A stretch of DNA of 64,000 bases from Sphingobium sp. Its GTDB lineage: Bacteria; Pseudomonadota; Alphaproteobacteria; Sphingomonadales; Sphingomonadaceae. The stretch lies in assembly GCF_041987595.1 (NCBI RefSeq), contig NZ_JBHIWJ010000008.1, positions 1,011 through 65,010 on the forward strand, in the 5' to 3' direction. Below, piece after piece: positions 59,750 through 64,000 of the stretch. Position 1 is the stretch's first letter, and the number at the start of each line of letters is the position of its first letter. The notes under the pieces are model-generated. The model ran no database searches, was not told where the DNA came from, and saw only the letters and a program-made list of their open reading frames with translations. Both the position numbers and the translations under genes were made by a program.

Positions 59750-60367
59750 TCAGCGGCTCGTGACGGTGGTCGTGGTCTTTTCCACCACCGAAGCCCGCAC
59801 CGGACTGCTTGTCTTGCGCACGACCTGGCGCTTGACCGGGGTAGCCTTGCGCGCGACCGGGGCAGGCGCGGTCTTCACCGTCTCGGTCGTCACCGTCGTC
59901 GTGGCCGGAGCAGGAACCGCTGCAGCCGCGCGCGCCGCCTGCGCATCGGCGGCCGCAGAGGCTGCTGCGCGCTCCGCCGCGTCTGCCCGCGCATTGGCCG
60001 CCGCGGCGTCCTGCTGCGCCGAGGCGGCGGTCGAAGCCTGAACCTGCGCGTCCGTCTCGGCACGAACCTGGCTCTGGCCGATGGCGGTGTCGGCAAATTG
60101 CTGCGCATCGACGGCCGAGCGGATCGCTGCCTGTTCCTTGCCGCTCTTGAGCTGCTCCTGCGCCAGGCGAAGCGCCGCCTGCGCCCTTGCGAGAACGGCG
60201 GGATTGAAGTCCCCCGCCTTCAGCTTGGCGGCAGCATCGATCTTGCCCTGCGCCTGCGCTATGGCGGCGAGCGCCCGTTCCTCATCGCCCGCCCACGCCG
60301 GGCCGCTTGCGAGAAACAAAGCCGACGCCGCGGCAAGCATACGCATGGATGCACCAAACTTACGCAT
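59750..60367 (-). CDS. Secreted Ala-rich protein (DUF4398-like)
   Basis: 205 aa from MRKFGASMRMLAAASALFLASGPAWA (signal peptide). Ala/Gln-rich helical region, Thr/Val-rich tail. The family call is tentative. Confidence 0.5.
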   Translation of the reverse strand: MRKFGASMRMLAAASALFLASGPAWAGDEERALAAIAQAQGKIDAAAKLKAGDFNPAVLARAQAALRLAQEQLKSGKEQAAIRSAVDAQQFADTAIGQSQVRAETDAQVQASTAASAQQDAAAANARADAAERAAASAAADAQAARAAAAVPAPATTTVTTETVKTAPAPVARKATPVKRQVVRKTSSPVRASVVEKTTTTVTSR

Positions 60368-60434
60368 AATCTCTCCTGTCACCATTATCGATGGCGCAGA
60401 AAACGAGCGATAAGTTTAGGAAGTTCCGACTTGG

Positions 60435-60833
60435 TCAATCGTCGAGAAAAGGCGCCGCAACCTCTGGCGGAACACGCAGGACACGGCCGGTCTTCCTGTC
60501 GATGATCGCCCATGTCGATTTTGCCGAGACTTTTACTTTCCCGTCCGGACCCGTAAACTCCATATGGCGGTCGAAGCGGGCGCCCCGCGGACCTTGCGGA
60601 ATCCAGGTCCGCACGGAAACACTTTCCCCTGCCCGAACGTTCCCGCGATAATCGATTTCATGCCGGGTCACGACCCAGACATAATCGTCGACATGCGCGG
60701 GATCGGCATCATGGGTCCAGTGTTCGGTCGCGACCTGCTCCATCCACTGCACCCAGACGGCGTTGTTCACATGGCCCAGAACATCGATATGCTCGGGACC
60801 AGCGGTGATCCGGGTGATGTAGGTAGAGGCCAT
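60435..60833 (-). CDS. Acyl-CoA thioesterase (4HBT/YbgC-like hotdog fold)
   Basis: 132 aa from MASTYITRI.... ...DVLGHVNNAVWVQWME... is typical of the 4HBT family. Start overlaps the ptrB stop by 1 nt. Confidence 0.8.
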   Translation of the reverse strand: MASTYITRITAGPEHIDVLGHVNNAVWVQWMEQVATEHWTHDADPAHVDDYVWVVTRHEIDYRGNVRAGESVSVRTWIPQGPRGARFDRHMEFTGPDGKVKVSAKSTWAIIDRKTGRVLRVPPEVAAPFLDD

Positions 60834-62893
60834 CAGTCCGCAATGCCCAACTGCCACAGGATGAAGGCAAATTCCTCCGCCGTTTCGTGGAGGCTTTCGA
60901 AGCGGCCGGACTTGCCGCCATGGCCCGCCCCCATGTTGGTCTTGAGCAGCAAGATGTTGCCGTCGGTCTTGGTGGCGCGCAGCCTGGCCACCCATTTGGC
61001 CGGCTCCCAATAGGTGACGCGCGGATCGTTGAGGCCCGCCGTAACCATCAGCGGCGGATAGGCCTGCGCACCTACATTGCTGTAGGGGTCATAAGACAGG
61101 ATCGTTTCGAACGCGGCCTTGTCCTCGATCGGGTTGCCCCATTCGGGCCATTCGCCCGGCGTCAGCGGCAGGGTTTCGTCCAACATGGTGTTGAGCACAT
61201 CGACAAAGGGCACATGGGCGACGACCGCGCCCCAGAGGTCGGGATCGCTGTTGACGACCGCACCCATCAGCTCGCCCCCCGCGGAGCCGCCGGAAATGCT
61301 GATCTTGCCCTTTGAGGTGTAATGAAGGTCAATCAGGCCCCTGGCCACGTCCACGAAATCGTTGAACGTATTGGCGCGCTTGTCGAGCTTGCCATCGAGA
61401 TACCATTGCTGGCCCAGATCGTCGCCGCCCCGAATATGGGCGAGGGCAAAGGCGAAACCGCGATCCAGCAGGGAAAGCCGGCTGGTGGAAAAGCCCGGCT
61501 CCATCGCAATGCCATAGGCGCCATAACCATAGAGATGCAGCGGCGCGCTGCCGTCGCGGGGAAGGTCTTTCGGGTAGACGATCGACACCGGGATCTGCGT
61601 GCCGTCGCGGGCGGGAATCATCAGCCGCTCGGTGGCGTAGCGGGTCGCATCATAGCCGGACGGGATTTCCTGCACCTTCAGAACTTCGAGCGCGCCGGAA
61701 TCGAGGTGATAGTCGTAGATCGTGTCCGGCGTGACCATCGATTCATAGCCGATGCGCAATTTGGTGACGTCATATTCGGGATTGTCGTCCAGCGACGCCG
61801 AATAGCTGGCTTCGGGGAAGGGAATGCGCTTGGGGCTATGGGTGGCATAGTCGCGCAATTCGATCTGGTCGAGGCCGTCCTGCCGCCCTTCGGTGACGTA
61901 AAAGCCTTTGAACAGGGTGAAGTCGGTCAGGTAGAAATGCGGGTCGGACCCGATCACCTCTTCCCACCGGTCCGGCGTTTCCAGCGATGCCCTGACCAGC
62001 CGGAAATTGGGATGGATGTCGTTGGTGCGGATGTAAAGCGTACCCTCATGCTCATCGACTTCATATTCGCGGCCGGGCTTGCGGGCGGAGACGAGCATGG
62101 GCTTGGCCGTAGGATTGTCGGCGGGAAGCAGCCAGGCCTCGGTCGTCACATGGTCGCCCGTCGCGATGACGATCCATTTTTCCGATGACGTAAGGCCGAC
62201 CGAAACGCGGAAGCCTTCATCATCCTCATGGAACAGTTCGATATCGCCTTCGACCGGCTGGCCCAGCCAGTGCAGGCGGGCATTGTCGGTGCGCCACTGA
62301 TCGTTGGCCACGCCATAGAGCAGTCCCCTGCTGTCGGAAGTCCAGACCAGCGAGGAGAGCGTGTCGGGAATGATTTCCGGCAGAATCTCGCCGGTGAAGA
62401 GGTCCTTGATCCGCGCCTCGAACCGTTCCGAGCCGTTATTGTCGATGGCATAGGCGAGGTAGCGGCCGTCGGGGCTGACGGACATGGCGCCCAAACGGAA
62501 ATATTCGTGACCCTCGGCCAGTGCGGGTTCATCAAGGATCAACTGGTCGTCGCCGCCGGCAACCGGCCTGCGATACCATTTGCGGTACTGGGCGCCGATC
62601 TCGAAAGCGCGCCAGTAGATATAATCGCCGTCCTTCTGCGGGACCGAGCTGTCGTCTTCCTTGATGCGGCCCTTCATCTCCTCGAACAGCCTGTCGGTCA
62701 GCGCCTTGTGCGGCTGCATCGCGGCTTCGAAGAAGGCGTTTTCCTCCTCAAGATAGGAAAGCACCGCCTTGTCCTTCACCTCCGGATAGCCGGGATCGCG
62801 CAGCCAGGCATAGGGATCCTCCACCGTGATGCCGTGATGGGAGAAGCTGTGCGGGCGGCGGGCGGCGACGGGAGCTTTGGCGGAAGCGGTCAT
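60833..62893 (-). CDS. ptrB: Oligopeptidase B (S9A prolyl oligopeptidase family)
   Basis: 686 aa. ...HGITVEDPYAWLRD..., GGSAGGELMG (GxSxGG nucleophile), C-terminal ...DPRVTYWEPAKW... and ...GAGHGG.... Confidence 0.9.
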   Translation of the reverse strand: MTASAKAPVAARRPHSFSHHGITVEDPYAWLRDPGYPEVKDKAVLSYLEEENAFFEAAMQPHKALTDRLFEEMKGRIKEDDSSVPQKDGDYIYWRAFEIGAQYRKWYRRPVAGGDDQLILDEPALAEGHEYFRLGAMSVSPDGRYLAYAIDNNGSERFEARIKDLFTGEILPEIIPDTLSSLVWTSDSRGLLYGVANDQWRTDNARLHWLGQPVEGDIELFHEDDEGFRVSVGLTSSEKWIVIATGDHVTTEAWLLPADNPTAKPMLVSARKPGREYEVDEHEGTLYIRTNDIHPNFRLVRASLETPDRWEEVIGSDPHFYLTDFTLFKGFYVTEGRQDGLDQIELRDYATHSPKRIPFPEASYSASLDDNPEYDVTKLRIGYESMVTPDTIYDYHLDSGALEVLKVQEIPSGYDATRYATERLMIPARDGTQIPVSIVYPKDLPRDGSAPLHLYGYGAYGIAMEPGFSTSRLSLLDRGFAFALAHIRGGDDLGQQWYLDGKLDKRANTFNDFVDVARGLIDLHYTSKGKISISGGSAGGELMGAVVNSDPDLWGAVVAHVPFVDVLNTMLDETLPLTPGEWPEWGNPIEDKAAFETILSYDPYSNVGAQAYPPLMVTAGLNDPRVTYWEPAKWVARLRATKTDGNILLLKTNMGAGHGGKSGRFESLHETAEEFAFILWQLGIAD

Positions 62894-62986
62894 TCAATGT
62901 CCTGATCTGGCGTAACGGTGCTGGTCTGCTTATGTTGGCCGCCATAGGCCCTGTGCAAGAGGGGCGACAAGTCCAAGGGAAATTTG

Positions 62987-64000
62987 ATGTCTACCCATGA
63001 AGACCGGCTGAAAGCCCTGCGCGCCCAACTGGTGCGCGACAAACTGGACGGCTTTGTCGTGCCGCTGACCGACGAGCATATGAGCGAATATGTCGGCGCC
63101 TATGCGCAGCGGCTGGCGTGGCTGACGGGCTTTCAGGGATCGGCCGGCAGCGCGGTGGTGCTGCCCCAGGAAGCGGCGATCTTCGTCGACGGACGCTATA
63201 CGCTGCAGGTGCGCGAGCAGGTGGACGCGGCGCACTGGCAATATGAAAGCGTGCCGCAGACCTCTGTCGCGGCGTGGCTGGGCGAGCATGCGCCCGCCGG
63301 GGGGCGGATCGGCTACGACCCCTGGCTGCACACGCGCGCCTGGGTGAAGGCCGCGAGCGAGGCGCTGGCGGAGCGCGGCGCGGAACTGGTGGCGGTGGAC
63401 ACCAATCCTGTCGACGCCGTGTGGCCGGACCGCCCAATCCCCAGCGACGCCAAGCTGGTGGTGCATGAGGATCGCTATGCCGGACAGTCGGCGGCGGAAA
63501 AGCGGCAGGCCATGGCGGACTGGCTGAGTGCGAGACATGCCGATGCGGCGGTGCTTTCGGCGCTCGATTCGCTGGCGTGGACGTTCAATATCCGGGGCAA
63601 GGATGTGGAGCGGACGCCGGTGGCGCTCGCCTATGCCATCGTCCATGCCGATGCGACGGCAGACCTGTATGTCGCGCCGGAGAAGATCGACGAGGCGGTC
63701 GTGCAGCACCTGGGCAATGCGGTGCGCGTCCATGACCGCAGCCAGTTCGCCCAGGCGCTGACGGAGATGTCGGGCAAAACGGTCGTGGCCGACCCCGAGC
63801 GGGCGGTGGCGGCGATCTTCGAGGCGCTCGACGCGGGCGGCGCGCATGTGCTGGCGCTGCGCGATCCTGCAGTGCTGCCCAAGGCGGTGAAAAACCCGGT
63901 CGAGATTGCCGGGCACAAGGCGGCGCAGGCGCGCGACGGGGCGGCTTTGTCGCGGTTCCTCCACTGGATCGCTGTCGAGGCGCCCAAGGGCGGCGTCGAT
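62987..64000 (+). CDS. Xaa-Pro aminopeptidase (M24B, creatinase-like N-domains), 3' end outside the window
   Basis: Hand-translated: MSTHEDRLKALRAQLVRDKLDGFVVPLTDEHMSEYVGAYAQRLAWLTGFQGSAGSAVVL...FVDGRYTLQ... Open to the window end, so it is not in the supplied ORF track. Confidence 0.8.
   Translation, partial: MSTHEDRLKALRAQLVRDKLDGFVVPLTDEHMSEYVGAYAQRLAWLTGFQGSAGSAVVLPQEAAIFVDGRYTLQVREQVDAAHWQYESVPQTSVAAWLGEHAPAGGRIGYDPWLHTRAWVKAASEALAERGAELVAVDTNPVDAVWPDRPIPSDAKLVVHEDRYAGQSAAEKRQAMADWLSARHADAAVLSALDSLAWTFNIRGKDVERTPVALAYAIVHADATADLYVAPEKIDEAVVQHLGNAVRVHDRSQFAQALTEMSGKTVVADPERAVAAIFEALDAGGAHVLALRDPAVLPKAVKNPVEIAGHKAAQARDGAALSRFLHWIAVEAPKGGVD

Overview
High-GC (about 65%) alphaproteobacterial chromosome segment; the gene content (crtY-crtI-crtB, glnK-amtB, serA-serC, hisZ-purA) looks sphingomonad-like. 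Positions ~630-16180 are the late-gene block of a P2-like (Peduovirinae-type) prophage. It runs portal Q and terminase P on the + strand. Divergently on the - strand it runs scaffold O, capsid N, small terminase M, L, X, holin, M15 endolysin, overlapping spanins, R, S, then baseplate J, I and a repeat-rich tail fibre. The element looks incomplete. Baseplate genes V and W are missing between S and J, replaced by a low-GC 319-aa PD-(D/E)xK-type gene. No integrase or replication genes lie between the portal and tRNA-Val (19306-19381). Cargo-like genes sit at the three loci where P2 carries non-essential genes: Dam methylase plus an Imm33-like gene after the tail fibre, the nuclease-like gene at the S/V junction, and a portal-proximal block. 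That block holds an alphaproteobacterial LexA box between an SRAP gene and an unknown+XRE operon, a convergent CTATAA/TTATAG repeat array, and a low-GC 290-aa membrane-anchored protein. From 19.7 kb onward the window is ordinary housekeeping DNA. It includes tldD, sigma-54-driven glnK-amtB, a carotenoid operon with an embedded LOG gene, an RcnR/DmeR-type repressor plus CDF exporter, recQ, aroC, fabI, pdxH, DAACS symporters, purA, hisZ, serA, serC, dapD, an Atm1-type ABC exporter, TerC, ptrB and pepP. All calls rest on reading the ORF translations and the DNA by eye. No database search was run.
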